Of a stretch of 64,000 nucleotides of DNA, positions 39,598-49,132 are shown one piece after another. The translations under genes and the position numbers were made by a program. The first letter of the stretch is position 1; the number at the start of each line of letters is the position of its first letter. Where the stretch lies: the sequence record NC_048046.1; one strand, written 5' to 3'. The notes beneath the pieces were generated by a model that saw only the letters and a list, made by a program, of their open reading frames with translations, was not told the DNA's origin and made no database searches.

Positions 39598-39816
39598 CTT
39601 TGCTACGGGAAGGATATAGAGAGGAAAAGAGTCAAAAATTGAGTCGGCTCCGACTCTTGCCTAAAAGTTGCGCCCTCACCTTCGGTCGCTCCGCTAATGA
39701 TCGGCGCTTGACAAGGATTGCCGGCCGGTGCTACTGGCGGCAAACTGCCAGGAATCTTGACATGCTGGTGGGATCATGAGACGGATGGGGGCGTACAGTT
39801 AACGCTTTCAGGTCCC

Positions 39817-40389
39817 ATGGCTCGCGCCTATCTCCGCAACGCTCCCGAAGGGGATCAACGTCCCGAACCGCTCAGCACGCCGGTCGTCGACCGGGCGCTG
39901 GAGTCACGTTTGCCGGGCGTCAAGGCTTGGCTCAAGCCGCGCATCCCCGCGCTGGAAGACAGCGACATCAAGTTCGCGCTCTCCTCGGCGCTGAAGGGCA
40001 GCGGGGCCGACGCGTTCCGCGCCGGCGTCATCCTGAAGGACATGTTCTCGTGGCCGGTCGACATCGACCTGATCATGATCCTGCGTGATGCGGTCGAAGG
40101 TCTCGCCATCGCCCTGAAGATCGAGACCGGTCATTGGGTCGTCCGTACGGGCCTGCGCTTCCCCGGCAAGGACGGCGACACGATCGAGTGGGAAGATGAC
40201 AATGGGAAGGCGCGCGCCGGCACGATCAAGACGATCGATCGCACCTACGCCCAAGCCCTGGTTCAACCACCGGACGGTCTGACCAAGGTCCATAAGCCGG
40301 TCCGCGTGATCGCCGAGTCGGTCACCGCCAACATCACGCAAGCTGAATATCCGAAGATCATTCCGCTGGCGGCCAACGGAGCCGCCTGA
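39817..40389 (+). CDS. hypothetical protein
   Basis: ORF 39718..40389, likely ATG 39817; start of the packaging-side operon. Confidence 0.7.
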   Translation: MARAYLRNAPEGDQRPEPLSTPVVDRALESRLPGVKAWLKPRIPALEDSDIKFALSSALKGSGADAFRAGVILKDMFSWPVDIDLIMILRDAVEGLAIALKIETGHWVVRTGLRFPGKDGDTIEWEDDNGKARAGTIKTIDRTYAQALVQPPDGLTKVHKPVRVIAESVTANITQAEYPKIIPLAANGAA

Positions 40390-40685
40390 TGCCGCGCGGC
40401 TTGCCTTTCGCCGTCGACCGCAAGCGCAAGTGCGGCGATCACTCCCGTTTCAAGACGACCTACGTCCAGGAGCGTGTCGCGGTCCGTCGCGGTCGGGCGC
40501 TGCTGGTGTCGCACAAGGAAGCGCTCTCGCCCGCCAAGCTCGCCGCGCTGCCCGAGTGGGTCCGCCGGCTGCCGCAACACGAGGTCATGGAGCGCAGCTT
40601 CGACCTGATCGACGACTACAGCGTCGACATCCGCCTGATCACCAATCTGCTGCAAGACATCCGTGAAGAGGAGGCTGCGCAATGA
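40389..40685 (+). CDS. hypothetical protein
   Basis: TGATG overlap. Confidence 0.65.
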   Translation: MPRGLPFAVDRKRKCGDHSRFKTTYVQERVAVRRGRALLVSHKEALSPAKLAALPEWVRRLPQHEVMERSFDLIDDYSVDIRLITNLLQDIREEEAAQ

Positions 40686-40852
40686 ATGCTGTCGTAGCCG
40701 CCGGCGCAACGGGAGCCTGGGCCGCTCGCAACGCCCAACTCGATCGGGCACATCCGAATTACGAAGAGTCGCGCGAGGCTCGCGCCGATATTTGGTATGC
40801 GATGATCCTCGCGGTGTTGGGCATCATCGTCGTAGCCTGGATGAACTGGTAA
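40682..40852 (+). CDS. 56-aa protein with C-terminal TM helix
   Basis: GAGGAGG RBS, ATGA and TAATG overlaps; below the ORF-track cutoff. Confidence 0.55.
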   Translation: MNAVVAAGATGAWAARNAQLDRAHPNYEESREARADIWYAMILAVLGIIVVAWMNW

Positions 40853-41358
40853 TGAGCCGCATCCTGGGCATCGACCCCGGCGTCAACGGCGCGATCGCGC
40901 TCATCGACACCGACGACTGGTCGATCTGCATCACCGACATGCCGCGTGAGCCGGGCAAGGGCGGTAAGAACGCTGTCTCGCCGGCAGGCTGCGCCCGCAT
41001 CTTCGACGCGACCGCGCCCGACTACACCTTCATCGAAGACGTCTGGTCCTCGCCGCAGATGGGCGTCGTCTCAGCGTTCTCGTTCGGCCGCAACCTCGGC
41101 ATCCTCGAAGGCGCCGCCGCCAGCCGATCCATCCTGACCAAGGTGCGCCCGCAGGATTGGAAGGCTGCGACCAAGACGCCCAAGGACAAGAACGAGGCCC
41201 GTCGCCGGGCCATGCAACTTTTCCCCTGCGCCTACGACCTCTTCAAGCGGGTCAAGGATGACGGTCGTGCGGAAGCCGCCATCCTCAGTTTCTACGGGCT
41301 CCTCAGCATCAAGTTGATGCCGCCCAAGCCGCTTACCCTGTCGGAGTTTCCTAATTGA
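40852..41358 (+). CDS. ruvC: RuvC-like Holliday junction resolvase
   Basis: ILGIDPG, FIEDV, SAFSFGRNLG.LEG, WK, DGRAEA motifs. Confidence 0.9.
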   Translation: MSRILGIDPGVNGAIALIDTDDWSICITDMPREPGKGGKNAVSPAGCARIFDATAPDYTFIEDVWSSPQMGVVSAFSFGRNLGILEGAAASRSILTKVRPQDWKAATKTPKDKNEARRRAMQLFPCAYDLFKRVKDDGRAEAAILSFYGLLSIKLMPPKPLTLSEFPN

Positions 41359-41897
41359 CCTCGCGTATCAAGATGGTCGGCGCGCGTACCCCTAAGCTCC
41401 GCATGTTCAAGCGATCAGGCCCGCTGCGCGGCAAGCGTGCCTCGATCGTCATCACGGATGCTTCCGGCCCGATCCCGTCCGAGGACGGCATCTCGTGGAC
41501 GGCCGATCATGTCATCGACGATCCGCGCGAGCCGCGCATCACGCCGACCGGCATCCTGGATCATCGCGGCATGATGCTGCTGCGCGTTGCCGTGCCGATC
41601 AAGGTGCCGATGGGCTTCGCCATCCCTCAGGTCAATCCGCCCGAGCGCGACGAAGTCGAGACCCTGGTCCCCGAGGACATGCTGGCCGTCTCGGAAGTCG
41701 GGCTGGGCATCGGCTTCGTCACGCCCGAGGAAGCCGAAGAGAGCGAAGAGGATCAGGCGAGCATGCTCATGCAACTGATCGAAGCCGCCCTCGAACACAC
41801 GAACGGCGACAAGGTCGCGGCCAAGGCGCTGCTCGCCGAGCAGGGCATCGAGATCACGTTCAAGGACGAGATCGAGCCCAAGGACGCTACGCCGTGA
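41355..41897 (+). CDS. hypothetical acidic-tailed protein
   Basis: TTG start overlapping the ruvC stop. Confidence 0.65.
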   Translation: MTSRIKMVGARTPKLRMFKRSGPLRGKRASIVITDASGPIPSEDGISWTADHVIDDPREPRITPTGILDHRGMMLLRVAVPIKVPMGFAIPQVNPPERDEVETLVPEDMLAVSEVGLGIGFVTPEEAEESEEDQASMLMQLIEAALEHTNGDKVAAKALLAEQGIEITFKDEIEPKDATP

Positions 41898-42145
41898 CGC
41901 CCGAGGCCGTCGAAGAGGGCGAACGCCTGAAGACTGAGATCGATCGCCTCACCAATCGCCAGGAATTGGTGATGGAGATGATGAAGGAACACCAGTCTTC
42001 AGTCTTCAACCTCGTCGCCCAGAGCGCCAACGACGAACTTGTCGAAGACAATCGCAACCTCGCGACCTTCTATTACGAATCCTTCCTCGACCTAACCATC
42101 CAAATCGGCCGTCTAACCACCCGACTAGAGGCCCTAGCGAAGTAA
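41894..42145 (+). CDS. small coiled-coil protein
   Basis: GTGA overlap, AAGGA RBS. Confidence 0.6.
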   Translation: MTPEAVEEGERLKTEIDRLTNRQELVMEMMKEHQSSVFNLVAQSANDELVEDNRNLATFYYESFLDLTIQIGRLTTRLEALAK

Positions 42146-42151
42146 AAGACA

Positions 42152-42832
42152 GTGCCACGTCTAGGAAATGACCGCGCGGAGCTTTACGCCCGCCACCGTT
42201 CAAAGGGTATGGTGCCGGCTAAGGCCGCACCCGCCGCCGGCTACTCGCCCAAGTCCTCCACAACTCACCTGGAGGAAGACCCGGAAATCCGCGCCCGGAT
42301 CGACGAACTGCGCGCCGAGCATGAGTCGGTCAAGGAGCAGCAGACCATCGCTGCCCGTGAGGCCGCCAAGGTCGTCGGACAACTCGCCGGCTACGGACGC
42401 GCCTGGGTGATCCAGCAATTGGCCGAGGTCGCCGGCCTCGCCAAGAACGACGCCGAGTACAAGGACGCGATCCACGCGCTCGAACTGATCGGCAAGGACT
42501 TCGGGATGTTCAAGGGCGCCTCGGAAGACGAAGGCTCGAACGTCCCTAAGACGACCGACCTCGACGCCCTGGCGAGCTTGGTCAATTCGGCTCACGAAGC
42601 GCTCCCGACGGAGGTGGATATCCACGCCATGCCGCCTCTCAATGACGATGAAGCGGCCGAACTGATCGCGGGCCAAAAGCGCGGCGAGGCGGAGAAGCCC
42701 AAGTCCGCCGACAACACCATCACCGTAGCCGACACCGATGAGCCGTTCGACTACGACGCCCTGCGTCGCTCGCTGGAAGACGGCGAGTTCGACGATGAAG
42801 AGGAAACGCCGGACGCCGGCGACGACGAATAA
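42152..42832 (+). CDS. terS: terminase small subunit
   Basis: AA..AGYS....L...PEIRARIDEL HTH pattern, acidic tail, directly upstream of TerL. Confidence 0.8.
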   Translation: MPRLGNDRAELYARHRSKGMVPAKAAPAAGYSPKSSTTHLEEDPEIRARIDELRAEHESVKEQQTIAAREAAKVVGQLAGYGRAWVIQQLAEVAGLAKNDAEYKDAIHALELIGKDFGMFKGASEDEGSNVPKTTDLDALASLVNSAHEALPTEVDIHAMPPLNDDEAAELIAGQKRGEAEKPKSADNTITVADTDEPFDYDALRRSLEDGEFDDEEETPDAGDDE

Positions 42833-42837
42833 TCACC

Positions 42838-45558
42838 ATGTCGATCAACAACGCACCTGCCCCGTATCCGATGGAGCAGCGCAAGCGAACGCGCGCGGCC
42901 ATCAAGCAACTCAACGACCTCGCCGATAAGAGCCTGGAAGTTGCCCAGATGGGCCTCATCCTGCCGACTTCGACCAAGCAGGCGATCATCAAGATCACCG
43001 GCACGTCCGATCCAAGCCAGCAGGTCGAAGCCCTGAACGACCTTTCCGAACAGGTCCAGAAGCGACACCTGGAGCGCCTGCTGCCGCTGGCCAAGGACGA
43101 GTTCAACGCCTTCTGCGAATACGTCAACCCGGACGAGCCGCCGGAGTCGCCCTGGCACATGTGGCTTGTCGACAAGCTCCAGGAGATCGAGAACAACCCG
43201 CGCCTCAACCGCTTCATCCTGAATTGCCCGCCGGGCCACGCCAAGCCGCTGCACGTGGACACGCTGGTCCGCATGGGTGACGGAAGTTGGAAGCGCCTGG
43301 GCGACATCAAGAAGGGCGATTTCGTCCTGTCGCATGTTGGGCTGTCGCGCGCCGTGACGGCCGTCCATGATCAGGGCGTCCTGCCGCTGCTGAAGATTAC
43401 GACCCGTCGCGGCCGTGAAATCCTGTCGGCGCATGACCACTCGTTCCTGTCCAAGGGGAAGTGGAAGCAGGCTGCCGATCTGCGGCCGGGGGACCCGCTC
43501 GAAATCGTGGGCACGGTGACGCCGCAAACGACCAAGGCCGCCGATCCTTACCCGGACCTGACCGAGGCGAACTACCGTCTCGCGGCCTGGGTCGTGGCGC
43601 GCATGTATCGCATCCACAAGAAGGACTTCCACGAGTATTCCTTTTCGGTCAGCTTGGCGGGCCATCAGACCGCGCTCGAAAATCTGCTGACGCAGCACGC
43701 GATCCCGTTCACCAATTATCCGCGCGCCCAGGCCGGTCGGTCCTACCATCGTCTCGGAACGAAGGCGATCAAGGCATTCCTCGCGCGCTTCGACCTCGAC
43801 GTGCCTACCGAAGAGCGCTGCATCCCAGAGAAGGTGTTCTCGGCGACCTACGCCAAGCGGAAGGTTTTCGTTCAGGCCTATATCCAGGTTCGCGGAACCT
43901 TCAGCGGCAAGAAGACGCCGCTCGTGCGCTTCAACTACACGACCGAGAAGCATGCCCGCGACTGGCAACGTCTCCTCGCGTCGATGGGTGTCGATAGCTC
44001 GCTGACGATCCGTGAGCGTTCGTTCCGAGTCACGATTAGCGCGCCGGGTCTGCGCGTCCTGGAAGAGCAGGAGATTTCGTTCCCCGGCGAAGAGCACGCC
44101 ACCTACCTCAGCAAGCGCGCCGAGGCGATCAAGCCACTGTCGGATAGCGTCGCGTCGGTCGAGCCGGCCGGCGAAGGACCGTGCAAGTGCCTCACCGTGA
44201 ACCAGGACCACACCTTCCTCGCCGATGGCGTGGTCGTCCACAACTCGACCTACGCCTCGCGCCTGTTCGTGGCTTGGCGCCTGGGCCGCAATCCGAAGCT
44301 GCGCATCATCGGCGGCGGCAACAGCCAGACGTTCGTCGAGAACGAATTCTCGAAGAAGATTCGCAACCTCGTCACCACGCCGATGTACGGCAAGGTCTTC
44401 CCGTCCCTGGCTATCGATCCGAGCACGCGCGGCGCGCCGCAGTGGGCCATCGCCGGCACGACCGGTCAGTATGCTGCCAAGGGCGTCGGCTCGCCCGTCC
44501 ACGGCTTCCGCGCCAACTTCATCGTGGTCGACGACCCCTACGCCCGAATTGAAGAAGCCGAGTCCGCGACCATCCGCGAGAAGGTCGCCACGTGGTTCAT
44601 CGGTGACTTGGGTACGCGTCTCATGCCGGGCGGGAAGGTCTTCCTGGTCATGACGCGGTTCCACGAAGACGATCTGACCGCGTCGCTGATGAAGATGAAC
44701 AGCCGCCTCAGCGCGCGCTCGCAGTGGCTGAAGGTCGAGGTGCCCGGCGTCTGCTACGAGGAAGAGGGCGACATCCTCGGCCGCAAGGTCGGCGACATGC
44801 TGTGGGACGTCTACGACCACACCTGGGCTAAGGAAAAGCAGGTCGAACTCGGCTTCCAGCGGTACTCCCTGGTCATCCAGCAGAACGACTCGGCCGCGTC
44901 CACCGAAAGCATCTCGGGCAACTTCAAGTATTACTCGATTCCGCCGCACCTCACGAACGAGGCGCTGCGCAAGGCCCTGGCTGATGGCCACGTCGACAAG
45001 CGCGGTCGTCCCAAGCCCAACCGTCGGGCATACTTCCGCCGCATCGTCCTCAGCGTCGATACCGCGTCCAAGCCCACCGAGCGCGCCGACTACACGGTCA
45101 TCCAGACCTGGGGCGAGACGTTCGACCGGCAGTATTACCTGCTGAACCAGAAGCGGGTGAAGGTCGACTTCAACTCGATGATCCAGGAGATCGAGTCCCA
45201 GGCCCGGAAGGACGACGTCGACGCTATCCTGGTCGAAGACAAGGGCCAGGGCACGGCCTACATTCAGAACCGTGGCAAGACCACTTTCCAGAAGCGCCTC
45301 GCGCCGGCCCCGATCGTACCGATCGACCCCAAGGGCCAGTCCAAGGAGTTTCGTTTCGACGAAGTGAGCCCCATGATCGTCGAGGGCGCGGTGTGGCTGC
45401 CGGAGGAGAAGGTCTGGATCAACGACTTCCTCAAGGAGGTCAGCCAGTTCCCCGAAGGCGCCCACGATGACCAAGTCGACGCCATGACGCAGGCCCTGCT
45501 TTACTTCAAGAAGTCGCGCGCTCGCGGCGGCATTCGGAAGATCGGCAGCTACGGTTAA
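42838..45558 (+). CDS. terL: terminase large subunit (intein-containing; 573 aa after splicing)
   Basis: Walker A GHAK|ST split by the intein; Walker B IVVDDP; VMTRFHEDDL; nuclease SVDTA..ADYT, LVEDKGQG, FPEGAHDDQVDAMTQ. Confidence 0.95.
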   Translation: MSINNAPAPYPMEQRKRTRAAIKQLNDLADKSLEVAQMGLILPTSTKQAIIKITGTSDPSQQVEALNDLSEQVQKRHLERLLPLAKDEFNAFCEYVNPDEPPESPWHMWLVDKLQEIENNPRLNRFILNCPPGHAKPLHVDTLVRMGDGSWKRLGDIKKGDFVLSHVGLSRAVTAVHDQGVLPLLKITTRRGREILSAHDHSFLSKGKWKQAADLRPGDPLEIVGTVTPQTTKAADPYPDLTEANYRLAAWVVARMYRIHKKDFHEYSFSVSLAGHQTALENLLTQHAIPFTNYPRAQAGRSYHRLGTKAIKAFLARFDLDVPTEERCIPEKVFSATYAKRKVFVQAYIQVRGTFSGKKTPLVRFNYTTEKHARDWQRLLASMGVDSSLTIRERSFRVTISAPGLRVLEEQEISFPGEEHATYLSKRAEAIKPLSDSVASVEPAGEGPCKCLTVNQDHTFLADGVVVHNSTYASRLFVAWRLGRNPKLRIIGGGNSQTFVENEFSKKIRNLVTTPMYGKVFPSLAIDPSTRGAPQWAIAGTTGQYAAKGVGSPVHGFRANFIVVDDPYARIEEAESATIREKVATWFIGDLGTRLMPGGKVFLVMTRFHEDDLTASLMKMNSRLSARSQWLKVEVPGVCYEEEGDILGRKVGDMLWDVYDHTWAKEKQVELGFQRYSLVIQQNDSAASTESISGNFKYYSIPPHLTNEALRKALADGHVDKRGRPKPNRRAYFRRIVLSVDTASKPTERADYTVIQTWGETFDRQYYLLNQKRVKVDFNSMIQEIESQARKDDVDAILVEDKGQGTAYIQNRGKTTFQKRLAPAPIVPIDPKGQSKEFRFDEVSPMIVEGAVWLPEEKVWINDFLKEVSQFPEGAHDDQVDAMTQALLYFKKSRARGGIRKIGSYG
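43246..44244 (+). mobile_element. intein (333 aa, Pro1, class-3-like) with degenerate LAGLIDADG domain
   Basis: Starts PLHVDTLV.M.DG, block B SAHDHSF, block F GPCKCLTV, ends VVVHN/S; central LAGLIDADG-like helices lack the acidic DG. Confidence 0.9.
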
Positions 45559-45594
45559 CCCCACCAGCAAGGTGTCCTTTGCTCCTCTGGTGCG

Positions 45595-46145
45595 GGGACC
45601 CTTCGAAATTAGGGTAGAAATAGGCTAAAAAATAACTAAGAATTTCAGAGCCCGGCCCCGACCCCGAGCGCTCATCTACATTTGGTGCCAATTTCGACAT
45701 CACCCCATAGATGTGGGGCAAATCTTGGGCTCTAGACACCTGGGATTCTGCGGGGCGCGTTAACCATGTTTGTTTACGTTAATGCACCCTCGGCCGGTAA
45801 CCCTAATTCGTAGCCTTAAAATCCCCCGACTTTACCTGGAGTATGGCCCAGGCACTACCCGGTCAGACCGCTCCGGTATGGCCGCGAGATCGGCGCGTCG
45901 ACAGCCTCAGCGGCCTGTCTGCGCCCTGACAGCCGCCGGCGCCTGCCGACAAACCTACGGACCTCAGCCACCAAACCTACGGAGTCCGGCGATCGAGGTC
46001 CGCAGGTTGGGGGACCCTTAGAAATTGACCGGGGGACCCTTCAAAATTCACCCACCAGGGACCCTGGAAATTTCACCGGGGGACCCTTCGAAATTCTGCC
46101 TCCGGGGACCCTAGGAAATTCTGGAGCCAGGGACCCTGGAAAATT
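45595..46145 (+). repeat. GGGACCCT-N2/3-AAATT direct repeats x7
   Basis: Starts 45595, 46011, 46033, 46058, 46080, 46105, 46130. Confidence 0.9.
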
Positions 46146-46323
46146 CACCCAGAATTTGGCCGGATCACCGGCCTATTTAAGCCCAACCCTCAGATCGGCA
46201 TAAATATCGGCGATTTTACCCCATTTTCGGCCCAAAAACCCTTAAAAATCAGCTTTTTAGTCCCATTTCAGCATCGGCAACGCCCGCTCCGCGCCCTGAC
46301 TGACCGCAGTCATCCTTCAGCGC

Positions 46324-46546
46324 AAATGTGACTCACCAACCTGTCGTCACAATTCCTCCCACGTTTTCAACACGTTACAGAGTCACGTCTCAAATCCGGC
46401 CACGCCCAGCCCGATCCGGTCATCCGGCCAAACCTTAATCCGGCCATATCCGGACATCGCCTCGTCCCAGAAACTTCAATGAAATCAATAAACCCTCCAC
46501 ACCAAACGTGACTATCCGGACATATCCGGCCACGCAAACGTGACTC
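46324..46546. repeat. AAAYGTGACTC (GANTC-containing) cluster 1 with interspersed ATCCGG x7
   Basis: 46324-46334, 46380-46390 (reverse), 46504-46514 (variant), 46536-46546. Confidence 0.75.
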
Positions 46547-46583
46547 TCGACATATTGCTGCACCGCAGCATAGCCCCAGCCCG

Positions 46584-46632
46584 TACAACCCATTTCGGTT
46601 GTATTTCCGCTTTACAACCAATAACGGTTGTA
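46584..46632. promoter_or_regulatory. tandem palindromic operators TACAACC-N6-GGTTGTA x2
   Basis: 46584-46603 and 46613-46632. Confidence 0.7.
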
Positions 46633-47049
46633 TCTGCCCAGGCACATCCCCTCATCCCTGTCAACCCCACCTACCTGCGACCACCTCGCAGTCCTGATTT
46701 GGCAGAAACGAGACTGTGTCGCCGGCGCCGCGCCCCTGCGTTATCGTGCCGCGCTTGCCAGAGCGCCAGGATCGTGCCCTACTGTCGATCGGGAGCCGGC
46801 CTCCCTGGCTCAAGTGCTTCGGCGTAGCGGGAAGATCGAACCCAGCCCCGTGACTCGCTGCAATGCCGCCTTGAGCGACCTCGATCGTCTCTCCCAAGCG
46901 ATATCGAGGTCAGGCCGGCTCCTATCCCACCTCCAGGTCACCCAAAACAGGGCTAGTGGCGCGGATTCACCCGTTTTTGGGCTAGTCTGGGCTCAAAACA
47001 GCCTAAATCGGGCGAAAAACTCGACAAAACGCCATTTTATTCGCAAAAC

Positions 47050-47169
47050 TTGACGCGATTCCATTAATTTGACGCGACGTCATTCCATTTCGCCAACTTG
47101 ACACGACGCCATTTCATTTCGCCGACTCGACATGACGCCATTTCATTCTCTTGACGCGACGCCATCCCG
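47050..47169 (+). repeat. five iteron-like repeats TTGACGCGACGCCATT...
   Basis: Starts 47050, 47069, 47098, 47127, 47151. Confidence 0.8.
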
Positions 47170-47202
47170 TTCTGCCCGGCGCTCGACCACCGCCCAGGTC
47201 GG

Positions 47203-47430
47203 TTAAGGTAAACGTCAGGCCCGTTAACCATGATCGTTAGGGTTAACGCCCAGGTAGGGTTACGAATTAAGGTAAACGCGGAGTTAGGGTTAACGTTCGT
47301 TAAGGTTAACACCACGTCGCTCGGCTAACAGTAGTAGTGTTAACGTGCAACGCACTGTTAGGGTTACGAATTAAGGTTAACGCGCCCGGCGGTCATACCG
47401 GGTAATACTTAACGGGCGTTAGGGTTAACG
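47203..47430. repeat. dense cluster of TTAA(C) half-sites
   Basis: About a dozen TTAA in 230 bp, as GTTAGGGTTAAC and TTAAGGTTAAC units; TTAACCAT at 47224. Confidence 0.75.
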
Positions 47431-47434
47431 CCCT

Positions 47435-47506
47435 AAGAGCGCGCAGCCTCGCCGTTGCGCCCCTACGGTTCGAAGAGCCCGGCCCTGCCGGGTCCTGCCC
47501 GGCTAC
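47435..47506 (-). ncRNA. putative structured small RNA, copy 1
   Basis: Invariant 26-nt core; downstream of the minus-oriented box 47530-47544. Confidence 0.6.
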
Positions 47507-47573
47507 CTCTACACCCTAGCGGCTATTTCTTAACAAAACGTAAACGCCCGACACTTTCGCGCCGGGCGTCTCG

Positions 47574-48487
47574 TTATGCGTCGTCCGCTTGCGCGGCGGC
47601 GCCGTAGTCGTGTTGATCCCATAGGACGCCCAGCGTTTGGTCAGGGCTGAAATGGGGGCAAACCGTTTCGATTGTGTCGTAAGTCTCCCGGAAGGCGAGC
47701 GCGTCGTCATCCTGGAGCCAAACCGACGTTTTGGCGGCCTTGTTGCGCAGCGTGTACGCCGCGCCGTTGCCGTAGCTGTCAAGGGCGAAGCGTTCGCCCT
47801 CCGATATGCGAATCGGGCCTGAGTACATGGTCAGCACCCCGTCGGGTCGGCCTTGGCGTAGCGCCAGCGCTCGCCGTCATGCCAAAGCCCGGTTGAGTGA
47901 ACCGTTCCGTACTCGCGAATCTCGCGACGGGCGGTTTCGGGGTCGATTCGGTCGTATCGCCACCCCTTGCCGGCCGAGTCTTCGGAGGCTTGCGCCTCGC
48001 GTAGCTCTTTGGCCGTCATTTCGAAGATGTGGCGGGAGTAGCCGACGATTTCACCGGCCTCTTTCATGGGAATTCGGCGCATGACGTACATGTCGCGTTC
48101 TCCGAAGGCGCCGGGCGTTTCCGCCCGGCGCTAGGTTACCAGAGCGCCCAGAGAATGAGCGCGGCGAGTAGCAGGGGCGTAAGCTTGATCAAGCTACAGC
48201 CCCAAGGCATGGGGGACGCCCCAAACGGCCGCCGCGTTGCGCGGGCGGGCGTCAAGGGCCAATCGCCACCGGTAGAGGTATTCTCGCGCCGCCGCTTGTT
48301 CGGGCGTCCGGCCGTGTCCGATACGCTCCGCCATGCGGGTTGCGACGTCGGAGCCGGGAACCTTGCGCACCGGGTCGGAGCACATGTCCGCGAAGAGCGC
48401 GCACGCCTCTTTGATTGCCGGCGCGTTGTCCGCGAAGGACTGGCGCAAGAAATCGACGAGAGGGACGCGTTTAGGCGTTTCGTTCAT
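47574..48487 (-). CDS. three small cassette genes (47574-47837, 47831-48091, 48194-48487)
   Basis: ORF track; fed by the minus-oriented box 48555; bidirectional hairpin near 47545-47570. Confidence 0.6.
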
Positions 48488-48658
48488 AGGGCCTCACGAT
48501 GTCAAAGAGCGCGGCGGGGTTGTCCGCCGACCCCTGCAATCTCGCACCTATTTCTTAACAAGACGTTAACGGCCGAATCTTTTTTGCGTTTACGTTTTGT
48601 TAAGGAATGGGCGTTAGGTTGCTCTCGACGGCGCAACCCGCGCCCCTGGAGCAAGGCC

Positions 48659-49066
48659 ATGTTTTCGAACCTCCCGCCGCACCTCTTCGTTTCGTCCGCT
48701 GGCGGCGACCTCTTCGACACCCGCGACCCGGATTGGAATTTCAAGCCGCCGCTTCGCCGCGCCTATTCGACGGCCGCCGACCCTATCGAGACGCTTTCTC
48801 AGGTCAAGGCGGCCTTGCGGGCGGGTCCTTACGCTTGGCCGGGCGGGTATCCCCTGTATTTCGTCACCCGCGACGGCGCCGCCCTGAGTTTCGACGCCGT
48901 GCGCTCGCAATTCGCCAGCGTGGCGGATGACTTCATGTCGGACTCCTCGACGGGCTGGCGCGTCTGCCGTGTTGAAATCAACTATGAGGATTCCGACCTG
49001 CGATGCGACCACACGGGGAAAGCTATCCCCGCCGCGCACGGTGACGACGAAGACGAACCGGCTTAA
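48659..49066 (+). CDS. cassette gene, AWPGGYP-motif protein
   Basis: Leader family A plus CCTGGAG RBS; YAWPGGYPLYFVT.DG..L....VR..F ... C..T motif. Confidence 0.75.
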   Translation: MFSNLPPHLFVSSAGGDLFDTRDPDWNFKPPLRRAYSTAADPIETLSQVKAALRAGPYAWPGGYPLYFVTRDGAALSFDAVRSQFASVADDFMSDSSTGWRVCRVEINYEDSDLRCDHTGKAIPAAHGDDEDEPA

Positions 49067-49132
49067 CCTTTTGTTAAGAAATAGCCGGTAGGGTGAAACC
49101 TGCCGGCGCATCCCGCGCCCTGGAGCCTGCTT

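Noticed and set aside
42751-45570. 939-aa minus-strand ORF (likewise 18494..19786 minus and many other antisense ORFs)
   Set aside because: These are shadows of high-GC3 sense genes (terL, the 420-aa gene), with no RBS or motifs.
45506-47320. ORFs listed in the 45.5-47.3 kb region
   Set aside because: The region is made of short DNA repeats with atypical composition, and the ORFs lack RBS and codon bias.
47236-47430. Telomere-like TTAGGG repeats
   Set aside because: They are not tandem and are better explained as GTTAG/GTTAAC half-site variants.
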